Made by a program: the position numbers and the translations under genes. The notes below the pieces were generated by a model, which worked only from the letters and a program-made list of their open reading frames with translations, did no database searches and was not told where the DNA came from. From the NCBI GenBank assembly GCA_964350795.1, contig CAYGLI010000004.1, positions 1-56,681 on the forward strand: a DNA stretch of 56,681 nucleotides, read 5' to 3'. Position 1 is the first letter of the stretch, and every line of letters begins with the position of its first letter. This document shows positions 48,607-56,681 of this stretch, piece by piece. The stretch comes from an uncultured Micavibrio sp. (GTDB lineage: Bacteria > Pseudomonadota > Alphaproteobacteria > Micavibrionales > UBA1664).

Positions 48607-49594
48607 GTTTATCCTTTTTATCATCCGATGGGGGTGGCGTAACAACGCCCTCGTCTAAATCCGCCTGTGTTGGGCGAATGGGTGTTAGGCCATACATGCT
48701 TAATCTTGCTTGCTTGCCCTTATGAACAACCTCACGGTATAAAATCACCAAACCAGAGGCCATAATAATCGCGCTTCCCGTCCATACATTCCATGTAGGG
48801 ATATGCATCCAAAAGATAATATCAAACCCAATTGAAAACACGATTGCGGCATAGGAAAAAACGCTTACATACGCCGCAGGTGCCTGCGCATAAGCTCTTG
48901 TTAGAAAATACTGAGCAATCCCTCCCAATATTCCAACCATCAGTAAGGCATAAAACACCCAAACACTGGTGATTGGTTGCCAGAAAAAGGGACATAGTAT
49001 AAGTGAAACAATAATCCCCGACATCGTGAAATAAAAAACAATCGTCAATGAATGTTCTGTCTCCCCCATTTTACGCACCATAATGGCCGCAATCGCCGCC
49101 AATAATGCCGCCAACAAGGCAATCGATGACCCTAAAATTTCTGTATTCCCCGATGGGTTGGCAATAATGATGACACCGATTAATCCAACAGCAACCGCAC
49201 CCCAACGCCACTTTCCAACCTTTTCACCCAAAAATGGAACAGACAATGCGGTTAAAATAATCGGCGAGGCAAAATGCAATGCCGTTGCATCACCCAATGG
49301 CAGCATCTTGAAAGATAAAAAGAAACAAGCCATGGCCGATATACCGACAAGCCCGCGAAACATATGAGAGAAAGGACGCGCTGTTTTTAATAACTTTTTA
49401 CTGTCAATGCATCGGCTAACCAACAACAAAACCACGGGCAGGGCCAATAAATTACGAAATAATATAATTTGTGTAATATGCACACCACTTTCGGCCACAT
49501 ATTTTACCGCCAAATTCATAAATGAAAACAAGATGGTAGAGGTAATTGCAAGCATGAATACATGCATCGGGTCTTTGACTTGGGATTCTGACAT
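48593..49594 (-). CDS. DMT superfamily (EamA) transporter
   Basis: 333 aa, 10 TM segments in two EamA-like halves. Its stop region overlaps the M48 gene convergently by 14 nt. Confidence 0.85.
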   Translation of the reverse strand: MSESQVKDPMHVFMLAITSTILFSFMNLAVKYVAESGVHITQIILFRNLLALPVVLLLVSRCIDSKKLLKTARPFSHMFRGLVGISAMACFFLSFKMLPLGDATALHFASPIILTALSVPFLGEKVGKWRWGAVAVGLIGVIIIANPSGNTEILGSSIALLAALLAAIAAIMVRKMGETEHSLTIVFYFTMSGIIVSLILCPFFWQPITSVWVFYALLMVGILGGIAQYFLTRAYAQAPAAYVSVFSYAAIVFSIGFDIIFWMHIPTWNVWTGSAIIMASGLVILYREVVHKGKQARLSMYGLTPIRPTQADLDEGVVTPPPSDDKKDKPTAQ

Positions 49595-49668
49595 TAAATG
49601 AAACCAATATTAAAATTGAAACGTAAACATGCTTATATATCACAACCAAAATGGAAACCATGGCTCAG

Positions 49669-50319
49669 ATGAAATTATTTTTACTTTTTATTTTAATGTT
49701 ATTCCCCTTCACGGCAATCGCCGCAATACCAGACAACAAAGAATTGCGGTTTCAGGTTTTAAGGAATGGCAATCCGTTTGGCGTGCATACGGTTAAATTT
49801 TCAACAACAGCTGATGATAAAACAAAGGTCGATATTCATATCAAAATGAGTGTAAGCGCAGGGCCAATCACGTTTTTTGAATATGAACATTTTAACACTG
49901 AAATCTGGGATAATAATAAACTACTCTCACTCTCATCCGAAACCAACGATAATGGTGACGAATATTTTGTAAACGGGAAATGGGACGGAGCGGTTTTTGA
50001 TATTCAAAGCAGTTCAAAAAACCAACAATTAAACAAACCGCCTTTTTCATCCAGCTATTGGCATCCATCATTTGTGAAACAACCAACATTGTTAAACACC
50101 CAAAAAGGAATGTTGGATAGTATCCAGATTACTGAAACAAAGTCAGAAATCTTTTCAATTGAAAAAAAAGATTTTAATGCAAAAAAATATATTTTGCGCG
50201 TTAATGACGAGCGCACCATCACAATATGGTATGACAAAACCTCAGAAGAATGGCTGGGACTGGATTTCAGCATCAGAGGTCAGAACATAACCTACAAAAG
50301 AATCTTTGATTATCAATAG
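49669..50319 (+). CDS. Secreted hypothetical protein (beta-rich)
   Basis: Start taken at MKLFLLFILMLFPFTAIA (signal peptide); the track ORF starts at 49651. I cannot name the family with any confidence. Confidence 0.5.
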   Translation: MKLFLLFILMLFPFTAIAAIPDNKELRFQVLRNGNPFGVHTVKFSTTADDKTKVDIHIKMSVSAGPITFFEYEHFNTEIWDNNKLLSLSSETNDNGDEYFVNGKWDGAVFDIQSSSKNQQLNKPPFSSSYWHPSFVKQPTLLNTQKGMLDSIQITETKSEIFSIEKKDFNAKKYILRVNDERTITIWYDKTSEEWLGLDFSIRGQNITYKRIFDYQ

Positions 50320-50538
50320 TTTAATGACATAATAAACACTTGATTTTTTGTTAATTTTCTGTTAAGGTCTTATTCAACAATGAAATTTAAATAATAAAAA
50401 TTATTAAAAGGCAGGATGCCATTAAATTTCATAAGGACACGATAAAAACCATATAAATCGATTTGGTATGGGTCATGCATAAAATGCTGGCCTTTTTATC
50501 GTGAGGTAAGAAACAAATATTGAGAGGAAGAAAAGAAT

Positions 50539-51054
50539 ATGAGTAAGAAACCAGCAAACGACGTTAAAAATTTCAAACAAGGCGATGCCGTTGTATACCC
50601 CGCGCATGGTGTGGGTCACATCGAAGGTGTCGAATCCTTTAATGTTGGTGGTGTTGATGTGTCATTATATTCCATTTCTTTTGAAAAAGACCGCATGCGT
50701 TTAAAAATCCCTGTGCAAAAGGCTGAGGAGTCTGGCCTACGTGCATTATGCTCATCATCACGTTTGGATGATGCCCTTGTGACATTACAAGGTAAGGCAA
50801 AGGCAAAACGCGCCATGTGGTCACGTCGTGCACAAGAATATGAAACAAAAATTAATTCTGGCGACCCTGTTATGATTGCCGAGGTTCTTCGCGACCTTCG
50901 CCGACCAAAGGATGATAGCGAGCAATCATATTCAGAACGTCAAATTTATCAATCCGCCCTAGAACGTCTTGCGCGTGAAGTTGCCGCGATTGAAAAAACA
51001 ACGGAACTAGATGCCGCCGATAAACTGGAAACTGTTTTATCCCAGGCCGCATAA
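50539..51054 (+). CDS. carD: CarD family transcriptional regulator
   Basis: 171 aa. FKQGDAVVYPAHGVGHIEGVE is the CarD/TRCF RNAP-interacting domain. GAGAGGAAG RBS. Confidence 0.93.
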   Translation: MSKKPANDVKNFKQGDAVVYPAHGVGHIEGVESFNVGGVDVSLYSISFEKDRMRLKIPVQKAEESGLRALCSSSRLDDALVTLQGKAKAKRAMWSRRAQEYETKINSGDPVMIAEVLRDLRRPKDDSEQSYSERQIYQSALERLAREVAAIEKTTELDAADKLETVLSQAA

Positions 51055-51078
51055 TTCTGCACCGTAAATAAGATTATA

Positions 51079-51109
51079 AATCCCCGTCATTTGTACGGGG
51101 ATTTTTTTT
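51079..51109 (+). terminator. Rho-independent terminator shared by convergent carD and ruvA
   Basis: aatccccgt-catttgt-acggggatt followed by TTTTTT. The T-run overlaps the ruvA stop codon. Confidence 0.7.
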
Positions 51110-51725
51110 ATGCGGACAGCTCTTTTAGCCCCTGTTTAATAAGTGCGCCCAAATCAGCGTCATCACCCATGTTCGCCTTGGCACGCGAGATTGCAATCAT
51201 CGCCTCTGATCGGCCATAACCTAAATTCACCAATGCCGACAATGCCTCGTGCGTATTATCATTATCACCAACGGTAATATTTGCACCCGTGCGTGATGGT
51301 TGTGATATTGGTGATAAATCGATACTACCAACCTTATCCTTTAATTCCGTTACGATACGTGTACCCAATTTAGGGCCGACACCATCGGCCTGTGTAAACA
51401 CGGCCTTGTCCTGCGCAGCGATCGCAAGTGATAAATCATTGGGGGATGCGACCGATAATATCGCCAAACCAACCTTTGCGCCCACGCCCTGAACCTTGGT
51501 CAAAATCATGAACCATTCTTGTTCAATCGCATCGGCAAATCCGTAGAGGTGAATATGGTCTTCACGGACATTTGTTTCGATTAATACCGAACAAGTATCG
51601 CCCTTTGTACCAATTTTGGATAATGTTCGACCCGATGCAAACACAATGTACCCAACGCCATTCACATCCAACAGCAATTGGTTGCCCTTAATATTATCAA
51701 TTATACCCGTTAATTTTCCGATCAT
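51108..51725 (-). CDS. ruvA: Holliday junction branch migration complex subunit RuvA
   Basis: 205 aa. MIGKLTGIID...GVGY.V N-terminus and HhH motifs (VQGVGAKVGLAIL, DGVGPKLGTRI). Confidence 0.93.
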   Translation of the reverse strand: MIGKLTGIIDNIKGNQLLLDVNGVGYIVFASGRTLSKIGTKGDTCSVLIETNVREDHIHLYGFADAIEQEWFMILTKVQGVGAKVGLAILSVASPNDLSLAIAAQDKAVFTQADGVGPKLGTRIVTELKDKVGSIDLSPISQPSRTGANITVGDNDNTHEALSALVNLGYGRSEAMIAISRAKANMGDDADLGALIKQGLKELSA

Positions 51726-52219
51726 GACACCATCCTTTTATTCGCATGATAATGATGTGCGTGACAAATCGCAATGGCAAGGGCATCCGCCGCGTCTTCG
51801 GATTGAAAATCGGCCTTGGGCAGTAAAATTTTAACCATCATTTTGATTTGGTCTTTGTTGGCGTGCCCCGCCCCCACGACCGATTTTTTAACCTTATTCG
51901 CACCATATTCGGCAATGGACAGTCCCGCCCGCGCAGGCGCAATAAACGCCACACCACGCGCCATCCCTAATTTTAACGACGAAGACCCCGATTTATTGAT
52001 AAATGTTTCCTCTATCGCTGCGGTGTCGGGTTTATAAAGTGATATGATTTTATCCAATTCCGCGTCGATCATGTACAAACGATCCCCCGTATCCGCTTTG
52101 GCATTGGGTTGGATAACCCCACTAGCGACATATCTCAGCGCATTTTGGTTCTGTTCAATAATGCCCCACCCCGTATTATTTAACCCAGGGTCAATACCAA
52201 GTATTCTCATAGAATTCAT
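51722..52219 (-). CDS. ruvC: Crossover junction endodeoxyribonuclease RuvC
   Basis: RILGIDPGLNNTGWGII...DAADALAIAICH catalytic acidic residues. It overlaps ruvA by 4 nt. Confidence 0.93.
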   Translation of the reverse strand: MNSMRILGIDPGLNNTGWGIIEQNQNALRYVASGVIQPNAKADTGDRLYMIDAELDKIISLYKPDTAAIEETFINKSGSSSLKLGMARGVAFIAPARAGLSIAEYGANKVKKSVVGAGHANKDQIKMMVKILLPKADFQSEDAADALAIAICHAHHYHANKRMVS

Positions 52220-52315
52220 AATGGCATGTTCTTTATTTGTTCGCTATCGTTTTATTTATATAAAATTCAATCTATTCTTTACATGTTCATAATATTTTTC
52301 GTATAAAATAAGCGT

Positions 52316-53701
52316 ATGAAGTCGTTACAAGAACGCATCGCATGGTACGAAACCAACTTCCCCGACATGGCGGAACAGGGTGTAATTCGTTTTCATGATT
52401 CAAACGTTCCTGAAGATGATGAGGTTGCACGCCAGAATTTTCAGAGTGATCTTAAGAATATCAATCGTAACTTTGTTGATATGAACCCTCAATCACAAGA
52501 AAACAGAAAAAGATTAGAAAATGGCGAGCTTTATATCTCGGATATTTATCTATCAAGCAAAAGTGTTTTTCAGGCTGGGTTAACATCTAAATTTAATTTC
52601 ACTGCCTCTCCAAATTATGACGAAAACATTGAAAGCGATTTTGTTTTTTTTCATGAGCTAGCCCATAAAATACATGAAACTCAAGATAGCATTTTAGAAA
52701 ATGATAATTGGTATTTAGGAATTCATGACCCTGATATTCTTTCTGATACAATAACTAATAAAAACGATAAACCTTTTGAAAAAGCAACTAAACTCTATTT
52801 ATATGGAGAATGTTTAGCCGATGCCTTCGCAACCCTAATGACTATTCGTGACCATGGAATAAATAATAGTATCGGATTTGTAAATCTAGTTTCTGACTAT
52901 CGCATACTAAAGACAGCAGATGATATGCACCATATGACCTCCTTAACAATTGATGACTGTATACAAGAAGTATTAGGAAATAGCCAACTTAGTTTTAGCT
53001 TTGATCTATCTGTAGACAATTTAAGAGGCTTTCCTCCAAAAGATATTTTTAAATTGGCACAGTTAATTGCCAATAAAAATCCTATGCTTGCTGAACTAAA
53101 ACAATCAGGGCAATCGCTAAAAGAAAAATCGAATGAGGTTAATTCCGAACTTCTTTTTGAACAAAAGCCTTTGAAAGAAATTCAATCACTGTCAACGCGC
53201 TTAAAAGGTCGTTTTCATCAGGCCGTCCATCGTCGGATTTCTATGCGCAAATCATTGGGTGATAACGCTACTCATAAAGAAAAAATATATGATGGTCCAT
53301 GGGCGGATGCGAATGCGAAATATTTGTACTCAAAAGAAATCAGAGCAACAGAACAAGATTTAGATCAAGATGAGTTTAATAAATATGCTCAATCAATTAG
53401 AATGATAGGAATTTATTTATTCCGATTAGAAGCGAAGAATGAAGTAAAAGATAAAACAAATGAAAATATTCTGAAAAAATTAAGACAAAAACTAGGACGT
53501 GATGATTATGAAACAATTACAGCTTCGATAGATCACTTTATGGAGACGAAGCATAATGATAATCGAAGAAATACCGCTATTGATCTCATGAAAAATGCAA
53601 CACAACACACAAAAGAACTTTTGGGCAGCTATATTAAAACAAACAATAACCGCCTCGCCCGCATGAACGGTCGAAGAAAGCCCAAAGAGAAAAAGCTCTA
53701 A
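52316..53701 (+). CDS. Hypothetical protein with an HExxH zinc-metalloprotease motif
   Basis: 461-aa ORF. FFHELAHKIHE falls at nt 52652-52666. No signal peptide is evident, the C-terminus is K/R-rich, and the gene is visibly A+T-rich. It interrupts the usual yebC-ruvC adjacency. Confidence 0.5.
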   Translation: MKSLQERIAWYETNFPDMAEQGVIRFHDSNVPEDDEVARQNFQSDLKNINRNFVDMNPQSQENRKRLENGELYISDIYLSSKSVFQAGLTSKFNFTASPNYDENIESDFVFFHELAHKIHETQDSILENDNWYLGIHDPDILSDTITNKNDKPFEKATKLYLYGECLADAFATLMTIRDHGINNSIGFVNLVSDYRILKTADDMHHMTSLTIDDCIQEVLGNSQLSFSFDLSVDNLRGFPPKDIFKLAQLIANKNPMLAELKQSGQSLKEKSNEVNSELLFEQKPLKEIQSLSTRLKGRFHQAVHRRISMRKSLGDNATHKEKIYDGPWADANAKYLYSKEIRATEQDLDQDEFNKYAQSIRMIGIYLFRLEAKNEVKDKTNENILKKLRQKLGRDDYETITASIDHFMETKHNDNRRNTAIDLMKNATQHTKELLGSYIKTNNNRLARMNGRRKPKEKKL

Positions 53702-54462
53702 TCATCCATCCCTTCTGCCAACTTCTCCGCGACTTCATCGCTCATATCCATATTCGTAAACACGGCTTGAACATCTTCGTTGTCTTCTAGGACGTCGATG
53801 AGGCGCATATTTTTCTCGGCGGTGGATAGGTCATTATCAATCATTGTTTTTGGTTTCCAAATTAATCCTGAACGCTCGATTGTTTTATATTTATCTTCCA
53901 ACGCCTTTTGGACGTCACCAAAATCATCCATCGCCGTATAGATGTTGTAATAGTCGTCGTTGTCCTCGATGTCTTCGGCACCTGTCTCCAACGCGAATTC
54001 GAACACAGAATCAAAACTCCCCACAGAACTAGGCAAAATAATCTCACCCATACGGGCGAATCCAAACAAAACACTATTCGCCTCACCCAAATTCGCACCT
54101 GCCTTAGAAAAGATTGTTCGCATCTCGGCGATTGTCCTGTTGCGATTATCGGTCATTGTTTCCAAAATGATTGCTACACCGCCATGACCGTACCCTTCAT
54201 AGCGGATTTCCTCGTAATCTTTGGCATCAGCCGAATTAGGATCACCAACCGAAATTGCCTTTTCAATACGATCTTTTGGCATATTTGCCGCCCGCGCACC
54301 AGAAATGGCGAGACGCAACCGTGGGTTCATATCGGCATCAGGGCCACCCAATTTGGTTGCAACCGTGATTTCCTTACCTAAACGGTTAAAAATTTTGGCG
54401 CGTTTTTTATCCTGTGCGCCCTTACGGTGTTTGATATTTGCAAATTTTGAATGGCCTGCCAT
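53698..54462 (-). CDS. YebC/PmpR family DNA-binding transcriptional regulator
   Basis: MAGHSKFANIKHRKGAQDKKRAKIF is the family signature. 254 aa. Confidence 0.93.
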   Translation of the reverse strand: MAGHSKFANIKHRKGAQDKKRAKIFNRLGKEITVATKLGGPDADMNPRLRLAISGARAANMPKDRIEKAISVGDPNSADAKDYEEIRYEGYGHGGVAIILETMTDNRNRTIAEMRTIFSKAGANLGEANSVLFGFARMGEIILPSSVGSFDSVFEFALETGAEDIEDNDDYYNIYTAMDDFGDVQKALEDKYKTIERSGLIWKPKTMIDNDLSTAEKNMRLIDVLEDNEDVQAVFTNMDMSDEVAEKLAEGMDD

Positions 54463-54545
54463 AATTTTAAACCCTTGATTAGTCGTGAATTATTAAATAC
54501 CCTTATCTTATATTAATATTAAATAACGAAAACAAGTCTTGAAAC

Positions 54546-55046
54546 ATGGCCTATGATTTTTCCAACGTAAAAGTTCTCATTGTTGAGGACTCCCAACCCA
54601 TGACACAGATAACCTGTGCGCTTCTAAAGGGTTTGGGGATTAATCTCATCACTGTGGCGACGAATACCGATATTGGATATGCGCGTTTTTGTGAAATCAA
54701 ACATGACCTTATCCTTGTTGATTGGTTAATAAAACCAATCAACGGCATTGAATTCACAAAAAAAATAAGAACAGATAATTTCAGCCCTAACCCCTACGTC
54801 CCTATTCTTTTGATGACAGGATTTAGTGAGAAAAAACGTGTTTTAAAGGCACGGGACACGGGCGTAACTGAATTTTTGGTAAAACCATTTACTGCAAATG
54901 ATCTTTATAAGCGCATAGATCACATCATCACAAAACCAAGGCAATTTGTGAAGGCACCTGATTTTTTTGGCCCTGATAGACGCCGCAAGTTTTTGGACGA
55001 GGACACAACGCCAAAAAGGCGATTGGATGACAAAGACGCTAATTAG
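54546..55046 (+). CDS. Single-domain response regulator (CheY-like receiver with a short basic tail)
   Basis: VLIVEDS...ILVDW...P.NG...LMTG...K receiver motifs. The ~35-aa C-terminal extension is FFGPDRRRKF... Confidence 0.85.
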   Translation: MAYDFSNVKVLIVEDSQPMTQITCALLKGLGINLITVATNTDIGYARFCEIKHDLILVDWLIKPINGIEFTKKIRTDNFSPNPYVPILLMTGFSEKKRVLKARDTGVTEFLVKPFTANDLYKRIDHIITKPRQFVKAPDFFGPDRRRKFLDEDTTPKRRLDDKDAN

Positions 55047-55859
55047 TTAAACCGATTGAGTTAATTCATTTCCACCCGTACGAATGGGCGTTATTTTTTC
55101 GGCTAACCCTGTTTCATCATTCACCTCAATCAACGCCCCACAAACCGTTGCTTCACCAACTGCCGCCTGCATTTTGTCAATCATACGCCCTTGTAAAAAA
55201 CCCTGCATTGGAACCTCAAAATCAACACCGATTGACCCGCCGTAACATCCCGTCATTCCAACATCACTTTGATAAGCTGTGCCCTTTGGTAATATTTGAT
55301 GATCGGCGGTTGGGATATGTGTGTGCGTTCCCAAAACCGCGCTCACGCGTCCATCCGCATAATGGCCAAAACAATATTTTTCCGATGTTGCCTCGGCATG
55401 GAAATCAACAATAATGGCCGCGCTGTTTGTTTTTAACTTTATATTCTCAAGAATTTTATCAAGCGTTTTAAACGGGCAATCGACCAGCGCGCCTGTAAAC
55501 ACACGCCCAATCATATTGATGACGGTCACATAACGCCCCTTATGATCCTTAAAACTATAAACACCATTTCCTGCCATGCCGTTATAATTTGCAGGACGAA
55601 TCAATTTCGGTTGCGTAGGCATATAGGGAATGATTTCGCGCTTGTCGAATGAATGATCACCACCCGTGATGCAATCAATGTTCAAATCATTCAACATCCA
55701 ATCGGCAATTTTAGGTGTAATACCAACACCATGCGCGGAATTTTCACCATTCACAATCACGGCATCAGGGTTATGTTTTTTTCGCAATTCAGGCAGATAT
55801 CTTGACAACGCATCACGCCCATTATCCCATGCCACATCACCAATAAATAATATTTTCAT
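55047..55859 (-). CDS. YmdB-like metallophosphoesterase (TIGR00282 family)
   Basis: MKILFIGDV...NGEN...GGDH...DFHAE...GTHTH metallophosphatase motifs. 270 aa. Confidence 0.85.
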   Translation of the reverse strand: MKILFIGDVAWDNGRDALSRYLPELRKKHNPDAVIVNGENSAHGVGITPKIADWMLNDLNIDCITGGDHSFDKREIIPYMPTQPKLIRPANYNGMAGNGVYSFKDHKGRYVTVINMIGRVFTGALVDCPFKTLDKILENIKLKTNSAAIIVDFHAEATSEKYCFGHYADGRVSAVLGTHTHIPTADHQILPKGTAYQSDVGMTGCYGGSIGVDFEVPMQGFLQGRMIDKMQAAVGEATVCGALIEVNDETGLAEKITPIRTGGNELTQSV

Positions 55860-56413
55860 GATATTTCTATAACGCGTTTCGGGGTGACAATCAAATCCAA
55901 AGGAATATCGTGAGGTTCGGCAAGAATGTCACCATCATAAACTTGCTCATCGAAACAGATACCGATTAATAACGCTTTGGTATCGCATGACGCAATATAG
56001 CGATCATAATGCCCTGCTCCGTACCCAATGCGATTACCATTTTTATCGCATAATAATAAAGGTAATAGAATAATATCAGGTACCACAGACGATAAATTCC
56101 GCGTATCAGGAATCGGAATATCAAAATCACATTTAACCAATGGGTCACCAACAGACCACTTATAAAATTCCAACGTGGTTTTATTGCGGATGACGGGCAA
56201 GGCCATTTGTGCATTTGGCAAATCATGCGGTGGAATAATTTCTGTGCCTATTGGGTAATACGTTCCAACCACGAACGTCCCGTTTTTCTGGATTACACGG
56301 TCAAGGCGGGTCATGACGTTCTTTTGTAGCTGTAAAGCATCACCCTCACGTTGGTCATCAGGTATATTGCCCCTAACCTCTTTCGCCCACACGCGTAATT
56401 GTGATTTATCCAT
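55856..56413 (-). CDS. 5-formyltetrahydrofolate cyclo-ligase
   Basis: 185 aa with the GYGAGHYDRY motif. It overlaps the ymdB-like gene by 4 nt. Confidence 0.85.
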   Translation of the reverse strand: MDKSQLRVWAKEVRGNIPDDQREGDALQLQKNVMTRLDRVIQKNGTFVVGTYYPIGTEIIPPHDLPNAQMALPVIRNKTTLEFYKWSVGDPLVKCDFDIPIPDTRNLSSVVPDIILLPLLLCDKNGNRIGYGAGHYDRYIASCDTKALLIGICFDEQVYDGDILAEPHDIPLDLIVTPKRVIEIS

Positions 56414-56424
56414 GAATTGTTTTT

Positions 56425-56448
56425 ACCACAGAGGCACAGAGACACAGA
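56425..56448. repeat. Three tandem 8-bp CACAGAG units
   Basis: ccacagag gcacagag acacagag, 12 nt upstream of the 5-FCL start codon. Confidence 0.55.
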
Positions 56449-56487
56449 GTATTTTATTTATGTGGAATTTTTTAAGTAGTTCCGTTA

Positions 56488-56660
56488 TATGTAGCACAAG
56501 AAAAGCGAAGAGATTTTGATTTAGATTATGAACGAAGAGCGACGCGTATAAAAATACGCTAGTGATGAGTGAAGCAGGTTAAAATAAAATATCTTCGTCA
56601 AATTGGCTGCGGCGTGCGTGTGTGACTTTAATCTCTCGGGCCGATAAGCACATCTCGGGA
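56488..56660 (-). ncRNA. ssrS: Candidate 6S RNA (ssrS)
   Basis: It lies directly upstream of, and co-oriented with, the 5-FCL (ygfA-type) gene, the classical ssrS-ygfA linkage. There is no ORF over ~170 nt. The minus-strand RNA can form a closing stem (GAGAGAUU 56629-56636 with AAUCUCUU 56507-56514; GAUGUGC with GCuACAU further out), an asymmetric internal bubble, and an apical stem (GACGAAGA/UCUUCGUU) containing the hairpin GCGUAU-UUUU-AUACGC. The 5' part CUCCCGAGAUGUGCU resembles my recollection of the E. coli 6S 5' end CUCUGAGAUGUUCGC. It is close to the window edge and not verified by a covariance model. Confidence 0.35.
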
Positions 56661-56681
56661 GCTGTCCCTGTTGGAAGTACG

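Noticed and set aside
53844-54478. Several ORFs on both strands inside yebC (for example 53908-54381 at 157 aa)
   Set aside because: They overlap a signature-complete YebC gene, and their Arg/His/Cys-rich composition marks them as shadow frames.
1795-54545. tRNA, tmRNA and rRNA genes in the larger intergenic regions (1795-2228, 2526-2788, 7467-7613, 40458-40690, 50320-50538, 54463-54545)
   Set aside because: I found no T-loop GGTTCGAATCC-like motif or cloverleaf-compatible stems by eye. This is a manual scan, so tRNAscan-SE or Infernal should confirm it.
12351-56448. Short tandem repeats (CGCAAAG x3, the 40511-40601 palindrome, CACAGAG x3) considered as a possible CRISPR array
   Set aside because: The units are 8-10 bp and directly adjacent, with no unique spacers. 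No cas genes are present. These are micro-repeats or MITE-like palindromes, not CRISPR.

Overview
This is a 56.7-kb chromosomal segment of a compact, moderately A+T-rich genome that looks alphaproteobacterial. Supporting that assignment are a PdhB with a fused N-terminal lipoyl domain, ftsB-pdhA-pdhB synteny, phaR, an Alph_Pro_TM/TIGR02186-type gene and a yebC/ruvC/ruvA neighbourhood. I call about 55 protein genes, and most are housekeeping. They include gyrA, uvrA, ugd, phaC-phaA-phaB with divergent phaR, prfB with its programmed +1 frameshift, trkH, hslO, pdhAB, fdxA, an Nfu-type NifU gene, pgk, carD, ruvAC, yebC, a ymdB-like gene and a 5-formyl-THF cyclo-ligase gene. I found no rRNA, tRNA, CRISPR array, transposase or integrase. 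Many convergent gene pairs abut or overlap at their stop codons. The findings I rank highest are these:
1. A prfB-linked pair of secreted paralogs (499 aa and 882 aa) shares a Cys-bracketed N-domain. One ends in duplicated TcpQ/STN-like modules; the other is a long coiled coil interrupted by E/V-rich repeats.
2. A 70-74-bp palindromic MITE-like repeat occurs three times, and one copy sits in frame inside pdhB, in the manner of Rickettsia palindromic elements.
3. A DUF559 endonuclease gene is bracketed by inverted copies of a G/C-tract hairpin element that also supplies the C-termini of two ORFs.
4. A gene cluster resembles the Rhodobacter ufaD/ufaO/ufaM furan-fatty-acid cluster, with an LD-carboxypeptidase gene translationally coupled inside it.
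5. Two A+T-rich orphan genes look like effectors. One is a BspA-type LRR protein. The other is an HExxH protein inserted between ruvC and yebC.
6. A candidate 6S RNA lies upstream of the 5-FCL gene at the window edge.
All family assignments come from motif recognition by eye. No database search was run.
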